The position numbers and the translations under genes are program-made. The notes under the pieces are model-generated. The model saw only the letters and a program-made list of their open reading frames with translations, had not been told where the DNA came from and did not search any database. From contig CAVZJB010000011.1 of the NCBI GenBank assembly GCA_963775425.1, positions 672,001-736,000 on the forward strand: DNA of 64,000 nucleotides. The letters are read 5' to 3'. Source of the DNA: an uncultured delta proteobacterium. GTDB lineage: Bacteria; Myxococcota; UBA727; VGSZ01. This document shows, one piece after another, positions 24,464 to 34,528 of this stretch (the first letter of the stretch is position 1; every line of letters starts with the position of its first letter).

Positions 24464-24924
24464 CCCGGCGGCGCCGTCGCGGGCAGCGCCTCCGTCGCGG
24501 GCGCCGCCTCCGCCGCGGGCGCCGTCTCCGCCGCGGGCGCCGTCTCCGCCGCGGGCGCCGTCTCCGCCGCGGGCGCCGCGCCCTTGCCGCCGGGGAGCTC
24601 CTTGCGCAGCCACGCGACCAGCGTGTGGATCTGCGCTTCGGTGAGCGCGTCCTTGTACCCCTCCATGATGGTCTTCGGCTTCCCGTTGGCGATCACATCG
24701 AAGATCTCGGCGTCCGTCATCTCCGGCACCCGCTTTTTCAGGTCGGGACCGAGCATGGTCCCCTCGCCGTTGCCGTTGTGGCAGTGAAAGCAGTTCGCCT
24801 TCGGGTTCGTGTAGCCGTTGAACAGGAGGCCGCCCGGGTCGTCGCCGAGCGTGTCCTTCACCAGGGGAGCGCCGCCGCAGCCCGCGGCGCCGACGAGAAC
24901 GAGAGCGAGAAATACGCGCGTCAT
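24460..24924 (-). CDS. Monoheme c-type cytochrome lipoprotein with (APAAET)n tail
   Basis: Lipobox AAG-C, CFHCH, GPDL, distal Met in TIMEGY; 18-bp repeats ~24488-24577. Confidence 0.88.
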   Translation of the reverse strand: MTRVFLALVLVGAAGCGGAPLVKDTLGDDPGGLLFNGYTNPKANCFHCHNGNGEGTMLGPDLKKRVPEMTDAEIFDVIANGKPKTIMEGYKDALTEAQIHTLVAWLRKELPGGKGAAPAAETAPAAETAPAAETAPAAEAAPATEALPATAPPG

Positions 24925-24989
24925 GCGCGCGACGTTAGCCGACGCCGCCCGCGCTCGAAACGAAGAAACCGCGCGGGCTCCGAGGCGCG

Positions 24990-26366
24990 TCAGCTCTGGC
25001 CCACAGGCGCCATCAAGGCGTCCCAGCGCAGATCGATCTGGTGGTTCACCTGCGTCTGCAGGTTGTCGTGCACCTGCTGGATCTCCGAGACGCGCTGGTC
25101 GAGCGCCCCGCGCAGCTCGACCGCCTTGTCGTGCGCCTGGCTCACGTCGGAGGAGTCGAAGCTCCAGATGAGGAAGCTCGGCTGGCCGAAGAAGTCGAGC
25201 GCGCCGATGAGGTCGGCATTGATGTCGCCCTGTTGCGCGAGCCCGAGCTCGGCGGCCGCGCTCTTCACGTCCTGGTTGAGCTGGTGGATCCCGGACTCGG
25301 CGTCGGCCTTGGCGGCGATGGCCATGGTGTTCCACATGGCCCACGTCGGGTTCAACTCCTCGTGCGAGCCGACCTTCACGCGCTCGCTGTGGGCGTCCTT
25401 GCCGGTGCCGACCGTCCGGGTCTCGTAGTCGTCGACGGAGACGGTCCTCGGCGTCACGTTGCGCATGGTGATGGCGTTGCTCGCGCGATTGAGCGCGGAG
25501 ATGGCGCCGTCGGCCACCGCGAGCAGTTGCTTGCCGGTCTGCAGCCGCGCGGTCTCCTGTTCGTAGTGCGTGTGGAGCGACGCGTAGGCGGGGTTCTCGG
25601 CGGCAAGCAGCTTGCTCACCTCCTCGCGTGCGCCCGCGTGCGCGAGCTGCGTCGCTTGATCCATCGCGCCCACGAAGCCGTCGAGCGTTTTGGTGTCCGT
25701 GGCGCCCGCGTGGTAGGCGGCGTTGCTCGCGGGAACGCCGAACCAGTACCAGTCCACGGCGTAGCCCATCCTTGCGTCGAGGCCGACGGTCTGCTTCAAC
25801 TGATCGAGCGTCTGGTGCGCCTTGCCGTCGAGCGCGTGCGCCTTGGCGGTCTTTCCCTGCGCGTCCTGGAAGACGTGGATGACGTTTCTCACGGCGTCGG
25901 CGCGGTCGGCGCCGGCGCCGCCGGGGACGCGGCTGCGCGCGACGTCGACGTTGTGCTTGATGGCGTCGGCTCCGGGCAGCGCGCTCTTTTGCTGCATCTG
26001 CATCGCGATGGGTGACGCCGCCGACGGCATGCCCGGGTGCATCATCTGGCCGACGCCGGGCGGGAGGAGCAAGGTGAAGCCGATGGCGGCGGCGACGAGG
26101 CCGCGCTTGGCCTTGCTCGACATCTTGCTCAGGCGCTCCATCAGCGCAAAGCCCGAGGCGCTCTCCTCGGTGCCGCGGTGGCCCGACAGGCGCGAGAAGC
26201 CCGCCGTCGACGAGGAGGCGCGGGTGCCGTCGAACCGCGAATCGAAGCGGTTGTGGGGCCGCACGTCGACCGGGTCCAGCCGCTTGGTCCCGACCTTCTT
26301 GTCCTCGTTGGTGCCTCGCGCGGCGACGTGCGGTTGGGGGCGGACGTTCAGGTCGAGCTTCGGCAT
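24990..26366 (-). CDS. Hypothetical protein: disordered N-terminus, one TM helix, helical C-terminus
   Basis: ATG 26366 overlaps upstream TGA (TGATG); GLVAAAIGFTLLLPPGVG helix; normal composition. Confidence 0.7.
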   Translation of the reverse strand: MPKLDLNVRPQPHVAARGTNEDKKVGTKRLDPVDVRPHNRFDSRFDGTRASSSTAGFSRLSGHRGTEESASGFALMERLSKMSSKAKRGLVAAAIGFTLLLPPGVGQMMHPGMPSAASPIAMQMQQKSALPGADAIKHNVDVARSRVPGGAGADRADAVRNVIHVFQDAQGKTAKAHALDGKAHQTLDQLKQTVGLDARMGYAVDWYWFGVPASNAAYHAGATDTKTLDGFVGAMDQATQLAHAGAREEVSKLLAAENPAYASLHTHYEQETARLQTGKQLLAVADGAISALNRASNAITMRNVTPRTVSVDDYETRTVGTGKDAHSERVKVGSHEELNPTWAMWNTMAIAAKADAESGIHQLNQDVKSAAAELGLAQQGDINADLIGALDFFGQPSFLIWSFDSSDVSQAHDKAVELRGALDQRVSEIQQVHDNLQTQVNHQIDLRWDALMAPVGQS

Positions 26367-26776
26367 CAAGCCTCCGGGGACAGCGTGGCGAGGACGCGAT
26401 CGAAAGCGGCGCGCGCGGTGGCGTCGGCGGCCGCGCGCGCGGTCATGGTGACGACGACGACGACGTCGCCGCCGACGAGGACGAACGCCTGGCGCTGTCG
26501 CAGCACACCGGCGCTGCTCTGCGCCATGACGCGGACGAAGACGAAGCCCGGGCCGCCGGCGACGGTCACGGGCGTCTTGCCCTCGAGCGTGGCGCCGGGC
26601 GGCGACTCCTGTCCGTCGACGTACGCCCCGAACGCGGCGGCGCCGCCGGGCAGCTCGTCGACGCGCACCGTGAGGTTCCACGCCGGAGGATCGGCCTTGT
26701 CGACGAGGAGGATGGTGCTGTCGTCGCGACCCTCGGGCGCGTCGAAGCGCAGCGCGCGCCACCGGTACTGCGTCAT
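26366..26776 (-). CDS. DcrB/DUF1795 (Mog1/PsbP-fold)-like protein
   Basis: MTQYRWRALRFDAPEGRDDSTILL...NLTVRVDELP...VLRQRQAFVLVGGDVVVVVTMTA...FDRVLATL. Confidence 0.65.
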   Translation of the reverse strand: MTQYRWRALRFDAPEGRDDSTILLVDKADPPAWNLTVRVDELPGGAAAFGAYVDGQESPPGATLEGKTPVTVAGGPGFVFVRVMAQSSAGVLRQRQAFVLVGGDVVVVVTMTARAAADATARAAFDRVLATLSPEA

Positions 26777-26881
26777 GGCCGGAGCATTGGCCGCCCCGCG
26801 CGGGGAGGTCAATGCATCGGCGTCACGCGTCACGCAGACCGGCGGCGCGCCGTCACCCGGTCGGCGCTTGGGATCCCATCG

Positions 26882-27134
26882 CTACGCCGACTGCTCCTTG
26901 CGGCGGAACGTGAGGTAGGTGTCGACGGCGAAGCCGGTGTTCATGATCAAGACGGCGGCGAACATGAGCTTGAACGCGTCGGGCAGCGCCGCTTGAAGCC
27001 CCATGCCCTGCTCCACCGCCGTGAGCCCGAGCACGCCGAGCAACCACAGGGCGCCGGCGAGCCGCTTCGGGCACGCCGATGAGGTAGCCGAGCCCGGGGA
27101 GGAAGAAGTTGAGGACGATGCTTGGCCATTTCAC
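26882..27134 (-). pseudogene. Small membrane protein, frameshifted near 27068
   Basis: VKWPSIVLNFFLPGLGYLIGVP continues in another frame as KRLAGALWLLGVLGLTAVEQGMG...FAVDTYLTFRRKEQSA*. Confidence 0.65.
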
Positions 27135-27330
27135 GTGAGCCTCCGGTCTGTTGGCGTCATGACCGGAGCGCGGCGCCGAATTCATCGGCGACCCGGATCC
27201 GCCCGAGCCGCGCGATCCGTTCGCACGATTGCGGCCGCGGGCGCCCGCGTGAGCATCTCGTCCCCACGACGTGCGCCGGGCAGCGCCGCGGCACGACGAC
27301 GTCGCGGCGCGCGGATGTTATCTTGGCGGC

Positions 27331-28581
27331 GTGAGCGTCTCCCACGCAGTCCTCAACCTCCGTTCCACCCTCGTGCGCGGCCTCGCGGTGTGCCTTGTCG
27401 TCGGCGTCGCGGGCGCCGTCGCGCTGGTGGCAACGCACGGGACCCCGTCTGCCCGCGCGGCGATCCGCGTGGATTGCGGCGATGGCTCGGTCTGCACGCT
27501 CGCAGAGGAGCTCGCCGCCGACGTGTGGAGCGAGGAGCGGGCGCCGGGCGATCCGCTCGATGTCGTCGTCGACAAGCAGGCGCTCGACCGACTCGCGGCG
27601 GCGGGGGCGCATTGGACGGTGATCGATCCCGACATCGACGCGACCGCACGCGCAGAGGCCGAGCGCCTTCGCGCGCATTCGCTCAGCGACGGCAGCGACT
27701 GGTTCGCCGAGTTCCGTGACTACACGGCGATCGAAGCACATATGGGCGAGCTCGCCGAGCTCGCGCCGCAGCGCGCCTCCGTTCAAGGCATCGGCGCCAC
27801 GCTCGACGGGCGCACCATCTGGGCGCTTCACGTGGGCGGAAAGAGCGACGACGCCATGCCGATGCTCATCAACGGCACCCAGCACGCGCGCGAGTGGATC
27901 TCGGCGATGGCCGCCACATGCGTCGCGGACCGCCTCGTGCGCGACTACGACAAAGACCCGGCGATCCGCGCGTTCGTCGACACCACGGAGGCGTGGATCG
28001 TGCCCGTCGTGAACCCCGACGGCTACCAATACTCCTGGGGCCAGGATCGCTATTGGCGCAAGAACCGGCGCGGGGGCTACGGCGTCGATTTGAATCGGAA
28101 CTTCTCGGTCGCGTGGGGCGGCGCGGGCTCGAGCGGCCTCAAGCGCTCGCAGACGTACCGTGGGGAGAGGCCGTTTTCGGAGCCCGAGACCGCTGCGCTG
28201 CGCTCCCTCGCGAAGCGAGAGGGCATCCGGCTCCACATCGACCTCCACGCATACGGGCAGCTCGTCTTGTTCCCGTGGACGCACGGCGACAAGCCGACGG
28301 GCGATCACGCTCGCTTTGCCGGCATCGGCGACGACGTCTCGTCCGCGATCTACGCGACGCACCAGAACAAGTATCGCTTGATGCGCGGCGTGGAGCTGTA
28401 TCCCGCCGCCGGCACGATGACGGACTGGATGTACGGCGAGGCCGGAGCGATCTCATTCACGATCGAGCTGCGACCGCGATCGGGCACCGGCTTCGTCCTG
28501 CCGCCGACGGAGATCCGGCCAACGTGCGATGAGGCTCTCGCGGCCGTGCTCGCGCTTCGTGCATCACGGCACGTCCGCTGA
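27331..28581 (+). CDS. M14 zinc carboxypeptidase
   Basis: HAREW, NPDGY, WRKNR, GVDLNRNF, IDLHAYGQ, FTIELR. Confidence 0.94.
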   Translation: MSVSHAVLNLRSTLVRGLAVCLVVGVAGAVALVATHGTPSARAAIRVDCGDGSVCTLAEELAADVWSEERAPGDPLDVVVDKQALDRLAAAGAHWTVIDPDIDATARAEAERLRAHSLSDGSDWFAEFRDYTAIEAHMGELAELAPQRASVQGIGATLDGRTIWALHVGGKSDDAMPMLINGTQHAREWISAMAATCVADRLVRDYDKDPAIRAFVDTTEAWIVPVVNPDGYQYSWGQDRYWRKNRRGGYGVDLNRNFSVAWGGAGSSGLKRSQTYRGERPFSEPETAALRSLAKREGIRLHIDLHAYGQLVLFPWTHGDKPTGDHARFAGIGDDVSSAIYATHQNKYRLMRGVELYPAAGTMTDWMYGEAGAISFTIELRPRSGTGFVLPPTEIRPTCDEALAAVLALRASRHVR

Positions 28582-28930
28582 CGACACGAGCTCGTCGCTC
28601 CCCACCCTGAGATCGCGAAGATCAAGACGTGTCCGAAGCCCGACGGTGAACACGTGGGTGCGCGAGTGCCACGTCACGTCGCTGTTCATGGCGCTCATAG
28701 ACACGCAGTTGCACACCGAAGAGGCGTTCGTCGAATACGCCTACGCGAAGAACCGGAAGCTCATCGACGGCATTGCGTACCGCGTGCTCTTCCGGGTGCT
28801 TCGTCCCCGGATCGCGAGAACGCGGTCTTCAAGAGCGCGTGGCGTTGAGCACGCCGGAGGCGGGGGGCGAAGTCGTCGCGGTCCGGTTGTTGCAGTGCGT
28901 TCTGCGCGTCGGTCAAACCCGGAGGCAACC

Positions 28931-29992
28931 GTGCAGTTTCACACCTCGTTGAAGCTCATCTCCCTCGTCGTGGCCCTTCTCGGCGCTGGCGCCTGCGAGC
29001 GGGCGCCGGCGCCGTCGCCCGCACCTCCGCCTGGTCCCGACCCGCATGCGACGCTCACCACCGAGCACGCCGCCGAGCACGCGGTGAACGCCGGACTGAA
29101 GCCGCTCCCGGCGGTGCTGGGCGATGCGCCGGACATCACAGAGGCGAAGGTCGAGCTCGGCAAGATGCTCTTCTTCGACAAGCGCCTCAGCGTGAACGGC
29201 ACGCAGAGCTGCAACACGTGCCACGCCCTCGGTCACTTCGGCGTCGACAGCCAGCCGACGTCGCTCGGCGCCACCGGGACGCGTGGGACGCGCAACTCCC
29301 CAACCGTGTTGAACGCCGCCGGTCACTTCGCCCAGTTCTGGGACGCGCGATCGCCGAACGTCGAGGAACAAGCCAAGGGTCCGATCCTCAACCCGATCGA
29401 GATGGGCATGAAGGACGACAAGGCGGTGGTCGACGTCGTGAGCTCCATCGCGGGCTACCGCCCGAAGTTCGAGGCGGCGTTTCCCGGCGAAGAGGACCCG
29501 ATCACCTTCGACAACTACGCCAACGCCGTGGGTGCGTTCGAGCGCAAGCTGGTGACGCCCGCGCGGCTCGACGCATTCTTGAACGGCGACGCGAGCGCGC
29601 TCAGCGACGAGGAGAAGAAGGGCCTGGTGACGTTCATGCAAGCCGGTTGCATCGGCTGCCACTCGGGCGCCTTCCTGGGCGGCGCGATGGCGCAAAAGCT
29701 CGGCATCTCGGTGGCGTGGCCCAACCAAAAGGACGTGGGCCGCGCCTCGATCACGAAGGCCGACGCCGACAAGATGTTCTTCAAGGTGCCGAGCCTTCGC
29801 AACGTGGACAAGACCGGTCCCTACTTCCACGACGGCTCCGTGAAGGGCATCGATGACGCGGTCCGGCTGATGGCGAAGCACCAGCTCGGTGCCGCCCTCA
29901 CGGATGAGCAGGTGGCGTCCATCGTCGCGTTCTTGAAGAGCACGACCGCGCCTCCCCCGCCCGAGCTCGCCGCCGAGCCCGTCCTGCCCTAG
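28931..29992 (+). CDS. Di-heme cytochrome c peroxidase, lipoprotein
   Basis: GGAGG + GTG; LGKMLFFDKRLS, CNTCH, RNSPTV, QFWDAR, CIGCH, FKVPSLRNV..TGPYFHDG. Confidence 0.95.
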   Translation: MQFHTSLKLISLVVALLGAGACERAPAPSPAPPPGPDPHATLTTEHAAEHAVNAGLKPLPAVLGDAPDITEAKVELGKMLFFDKRLSVNGTQSCNTCHALGHFGVDSQPTSLGATGTRGTRNSPTVLNAAGHFAQFWDARSPNVEEQAKGPILNPIEMGMKDDKAVVDVVSSIAGYRPKFEAAFPGEEDPITFDNYANAVGAFERKLVTPARLDAFLNGDASALSDEEKKGLVTFMQAGCIGCHSGAFLGGAMAQKLGISVAWPNQKDVGRASITKADADKMFFKVPSLRNVDKTGPYFHDGSVKGIDDAVRLMAKHQLGAALTDEQVASIVAFLKSTTAPPPPELAAEPVLP

Positions 29993-30121
29993 CGGCGTTC
30001 GACGGGCCCCCGAACGAGGTGTGGGCGCCGCAACACCGCGTGCGGATTCGCACGGCGCGGCGCGCCCGCCGGCAGCGCGTCGACGCGCACCGTGGGGCTC
30101 CGCTCCCGAGGATCGGCCTGG

Positions 30122-31838
30122 TCACAGACCGGCGGCGAGCCCCTCGCCGCGGGGGTCGGCGCCGCCCTCGAGGGCGCCGTCCTTGCGCTCCACGATGCAC
30201 ATCGCGTCGCCCCAGCCGCCGTCGCGCCACTTGAGGGTGTCGCCGCGGCTCTCGAGCTCCTTGGCCGTGGCCTCGTCGAGGCCGAAGCGCTCGACGTTCA
30301 CGATGTCGGGCAGCCATTGGTGGTGGATGCGCGGCGCGCTCACCGCCGCCTGGGCGTCCATGCCGTAGTCGACGACGTGGATGACCGTCTGCAGCACCGT
30401 GGTGATGATGGTGCTCCCGCCCGGCGAGCCCGCGGCCATGAAGAAGTGTCCGTTCCTGGTCGCCACGAGCGGCGTCATCGATGACAGCGGGATCTTGTGC
30501 GGCTGGATGCTGTTGGCCTCGCCGCCGACGAGGCCGTACTTGTTGGGCACGCCGGGGGACGCGGAGAAGTCATCCATCTCGTCGTTCAACAACACGCCCG
30601 TCCCCGGAACGATGACGCCTGACCCGAAGCCGTAGTTCACGGTGAACGTGATGCTCACGGCGTTTCAATCCTTGTCGACGACGCTCAGGTGGCTCGTGTC
30701 CTTGGACTCCGGTTTCTTGCCGGCGAGCTGCGCCATGATGCGCGCCAACTGCTCCGGCGGCGCCGCCTTCACGTCGGCGCTCTTGCGCGCGTGCTTGGGA
30801 TCGAATCTCCTTCTTGCGCTCGTCCGCGTACGCCTTGGACACGAGGGCCGCGACGGGCACCTTCGTGAACGCAGGATCGCCGAGGTGCACGGCGCGGTCG
30901 GCGTAGGCGATGCGCATGGCCTCGATCATGGTCTGCAGCACGTCGGCGTTGTGCCAGCCGAGCCCCTTCCAGTCCGTACCCGACAGGAGGTTCAGCATCT
31001 CGAGCAGGTGCACGCCGCCGGAGGACGGCGGCGGCATGGTGCACAGCACCACGTCCTCGTAGGGCCCGCAGAGCGGGTCGCGCCACGTGGGTTGGTAGCC
31101 CTCGAGGTCGGCGAGCGTGAGCACGCCGCCGCCCGCCTTCATCTCGGCGTCGATGGCCCTGGCGACGCGTCCCGTGTAGAAGCTGCGCGGATCGCGCGCG
31201 ATCTCCCTGAGCGTGCGCGCGAGGTCGCGCTGCTTGAGGCGATCGCCCGCGGCAAGCGGCGCGCCGTTCTTCTTCCACAACAGCGCCTTGGTGGCGGGGA
31301 AGCGCGAGAGCACCTCCTTGCGCCAAGCAAGCTCGCCCGCGAAGTGGTCGCTCACGATGTAGCCGTCGCGCGCGATGTCGATGGCGGGGCGGATGACCTT
31401 GCGCCAGGGGAGCTTGCCGTACGCCTTGTGCAGCGCGTAGAGCCCGGCGACGGTGCCCGGCACCGCCACCGACAAGAGCCCGTTCACGCTGGCCCCGTCG
31501 ACGACCTTGCCGTCCTTGTCGAGATACATGTCGCGCGAGGCGCCGGCGGGCGCGGTCTCCCGGAAGTCGAGCGCCTTCTCCGCGCCGGGCTTGTCGCCGT
31601 GAGGCTCCAGGTGGATGACCGCGAAGCCGCCGCCGCCGAGGCCGGCCGACATGGGCTTCACGACGGAGATGGCGAAGGCGGCGGCGACGGCGGCGTCGAC
31701 GGCGTTGCCGCCGTCCTTCAGCATCTCGAGCGCGGCCGCCGTGGCGAGCGGGTGCGCGGTGGCCGCCATGGCCTCTTTGGCCGTGGCCGGCGACGGGAAC
31801 GCGCCGGCGAGAGAGACGACGAGGAGCGCGGCGATCAC
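30122..31838 (-). pseudogene. ggt: Gamma-glutamyltransferase, disrupted by a frameshift (~30804) and an in-frame TGA (30665-30667)
   Basis: GGNAVDAAVA, LDFRETAP, MPPPSSGG, nucleophile region DTSHLSVVD, LNDEMDDF, PLSSMTP, GSPGGSTI, GADPR. Confidence 0.9.
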
Positions 31839-32518
31839 TTCGACGACCGGCGCGCGAGCCCGGCGTCGCAGGCTTCACGGATGGCGGCGACGGCGGCCTT
31901 GCGGTCGGGCTTTCCGAAGATGGAGGAGCCCGCGACCATCGCGGAGGCGCCCGCCTCTCCGACGATGCCGGCGTTGTCGGGGTTGATGCCGCCGTCGACC
32001 TCGATGACGCACGCGGTGTTGCCGGCGTCGTCGAGCATCTTGCGGATGCGCCGGATCTTGTCGACCTGGGACTTCAGGAACTTCTGCCCGCCGAAGCCCG
32101 GGTTGACGGTCATGACGAGCACGACGTCGAGGTCGTTGAGGACGTACTTGAGCGTGTCCTCGGGCGTGGAGGGGTTCAGCGACACGCCGGCCTTCTTTCC
32201 CCGGGAGCGGATGTGCGCGAGCGCGCGCTGCAGGTGCACGCACGCCTCCTGATGGACGGTGATGCCGTCGGCGCCGGCGTCGGCGAAGGCGTCGAGCCAG
32301 CGGTCGGGCTCGACGATCATGAGGTGGACGTCGATGGGCTTCTTGGTCGCCTTGCGGACCGCCTCCACCACCAGGGGCCCGATGGTGAGGTTGGGCACGT
32401 ACCTGCCGTCCATGACGTCGACGTGGATCCAATCGCAGCCGCCCGCGTCGACGTCTTGCACCTCGGCTGCGAGCTTGCCGAAATCGGCGGAGAGGATGGA
32501 GGGGGCGATGATGGCCAT
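31835..32518 (-). CDS. rpe: Ribulose-phosphate 3-epimerase
   Basis: IAPSILSADF, HVDVMDG, DVHLMI, VMTVNPGFGGQ, EVDGGI. Confidence 0.97.
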   Translation of the reverse strand: MAIIAPSILSADFGKLAAEVQDVDAGGCDWIHVDVMDGRYVPNLTIGPLVVEAVRKATKKPIDVHLMIVEPDRWLDAFADAGADGITVHQEACVHLQRALAHIRSRGKKAGVSLNPSTPEDTLKYVLNDLDVVLVMTVNPGFGGQKFLKSQVDKIRRIRKMLDDAGNTACVIEVDGGINPDNAGIVGEAGASAMVAGSSIFGKPDRKAAVAAIREACDAGLARRSSK

Positions 32519-32604
32519 GCGCCGCGTCTACTGCGTCGGCGCCCGCGTTTGAACCGCTTCGAGCCCGGTTGCGCGCGCGGCGCCGTGACGCAACATCGAG
32601 GGCG

Positions 32605-33126
32605 GTGAAGAACAGCGGGACCAGCTACATCTTGTGGCTCCTGGGCTTCTTCGGGTTGGCGGGCATCCACCGCTTCTACCTGGGGCGGCCGATCAGCGGT
32701 CTGCTGTGGCTGTTCACCGGCGGCCTCCTCGGCGTGGGCACGCTCCTGGACGCGCTCCTCATCCCCGGCATGGTGCGCGACGAGAACCGCAAGGCGCTGC
32801 TCGACGCGGGCACGCTCCACCTGCACTTGCACGGCGACCCCGGCGACGTCGTCACGGGCTCGCTCCTGCCGGCGCAGGAGGCGCCGAGGGCGCTGCCGCC
32901 GGCGGACTCCCCGGAGAAGCAGATCCTCCGCGTGGCCGCGGTGCGCGATGGCTTCGTCACCGCGCAGCTCGTCGCCCTGGAGACCTCGCTGTCGCTCGCC
33001 GACGCCAAGCGCGAGCTCGACGCCCTGGCGAAGGGTGGCTACTGCACCGTCGACGTCGGCGAGGACGGCGCCGAGCACTATCGGGTCATCGGCCTCACCA
33101 AGACCAAGCCCCTCCTCGGCGACTGA
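32605..33126 (+). CDS. TM2-domain membrane protein with C-terminal winged-helix-like domain
   Basis: KNSGTSYILWLLGFFGLAGIHRFYLG...TGGLLGVG. Confidence 0.85.
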   Translation: MKNSGTSYILWLLGFFGLAGIHRFYLGRPISGLLWLFTGGLLGVGTLLDALLIPGMVRDENRKALLDAGTLHLHLHGDPGDVVTGSLLPAQEAPRALPPADSPEKQILRVAAVRDGFVTAQLVALETSLSLADAKRELDALAKGGYCTVDVGEDGAEHYRVIGLTKTKPLLGD

Positions 33127-33166
33127 GCGGCGCGCGCCGAGGCCGGCGGCGTCGTGGTGCCGCCCG

Positions 33167-34528
33167 TTACGCGCGGCGCAGGCGGGCGCAGAAGAACGCG
33201 TCGGCGTCGTGCCGGTGGGGGAGCAGGTGGACGAAGCCGCGCGCGTCGACGGCGTCTTCGGGCAGCCACGGGAGCACGGCGCGCGCGGGCTCGACGCTGA
33301 AGTCCGCGTGGCGCGCGAGGAAGGGCTCGACGACGTCCACGCCCTCGGCGGGCAGCGGCGAGCAGACGGAGTAGACGAGCACGCCGCCGGGGGCCGTGCG
33401 CGCGGCCGCGGCCTCGAGGAGCTCGCGCTGCAAGGCGGCGTCGGCCGCGACGTCGGCGGCGGTGCGGCGCAGCTTGATCTCGGGCTTGCGCCTCGTGGTG
33501 CCGAAGCCGGAGCAGGGGGCGTCGAGGAGCACCGCGTCGAACGCGCCGTCGCCCACACCGGGGATGGGCGCGCGGGCGTCGCCGACGATCACCTCGAGGG
33601 GGAGCTTCGTGCGCGCCGCGTTCTCGCGGATGCGCTTGGCGCGCTTGTCACTTTGATCGACGGCCGTGACGCGGGCGCCGAGCGCCGCGAGCACCGTGGC
33701 TTTGGCGCCGGGCGCCGCGCAGAGATCGAGGACCCGCGCGCCGTCCTGCGGCGCCACGAGCAGCGCCGCGACCGCGCTGCCGGGATCCATGACGACGAAG
33801 GCGCCCTCTTCGAAGCCACGCGCGTCGACCACGGCGCCGCCGCCGAGCGCGACGACGTTCGGCACGAACGCGTGCGCCCTGCCGGCCTCCGGGGACGCGC
33901 CGGCGCTCCCGTCGAAGCCGGCGCGCCCGCGCGCGACGACCGCCGCGTACGTCGAGGGGCGCGCGTTCAGCCCCAACAGCGCCGCGCGCACCTCCTCGGG
34001 CGGCACCAACGCCGCCACCGCCTCCGCGAGCATCGCGGGGACGCCCAGGGCGTCGGCGACGTCGGCGACGGGGGCGTTCGGCGGCAGCGTCTCGTGCGGC
34101 GGCAATCCCAACCGGCGCAGGAGCGCGTTGGCGAAGCCTTCGAGCCCGGGCCGCACCGCGCGCACGGCGTTCACCGCCTCGTGCACCGCGGCGCGCGCGG
34201 GGATCCCGGCGGCGCCCTCGCCGGCGGGCGCCATGTGCTGGAGCTGGTACGCCGCCACCAACAGGTGCGGGCGGATGCGCTTGTCGAGGCCCCGGCCCGG
34301 CTTGTCGGCGGCGCGCAGCAGGCTCTGCTCGAGCGACGCCGACCAGCGCAGCGTGCCGTAGGTGAGCTCCGTGCACAGCGCCTTGTCACGGGCGTCCAGC
34401 GACGACGACGACAGCGCCGACGCCAACGCCGGCTGCGCCCACGCGCCGTCGTCGACAACGCGTGCCACCACCGCCGCCGCCAGCGCTCGCGCGCCGCTCC
34501 TGACCGCGAGGCGGGGGCCGCCGCTCAT
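33167..34528 (-). CDS. rsmB: 16S rRNA m5C methyltransferase RsmB/Sun family with NusB-like N-terminus
   Basis: ELTYGTLRW, VLDLCAAPGAKA, LLDAPCSGFG, LVYSVCS, DAFF. Confidence 0.85.
   Translation of the reverse strand: MSGGPRLAVRSGARALAAAVVARVVDDGAWAQPALASALSSSSLDARDKALCTELTYGTLRWSASLEQSLLRAADKPGRGLDKRIRPHLLVAAYQLQHMAPAGEGAAGIPARAAVHEAVNAVRAVRPGLEGFANALLRRLGLPPHETLPPNAPVADVADALGVPAMLAEAVAALVPPEEVRAALLGLNARPSTYAAVVARGRAGFDGSAGASPEAGRAHAFVPNVVALGGGAVVDARGFEEGAFVVMDPGSAVAALLVAPQDGARVLDLCAAPGAKATVLAALGARVTAVDQSDKRAKRIRENAARTKLPLEVIVGDARAPIPGVGDGAFDAVLLDAPCSGFGTTRRKPEIKLRRTAADVAADAALQRELLEAAAARTAPGGVLVYSVCSPLPAEGVDVVEPFLARHADFSVEPARAVLPWLPEDAVDARGFVHLLPHRHDADAFFCARLRRA

Noticed and set aside
30665-30667. 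In-frame TGA in ggt as selenocysteine or an alternative genetic code
   Set aside because: The position is normally Gly, not Cys. TGA is the usual stop in this window, and the gene also has a frameshift.
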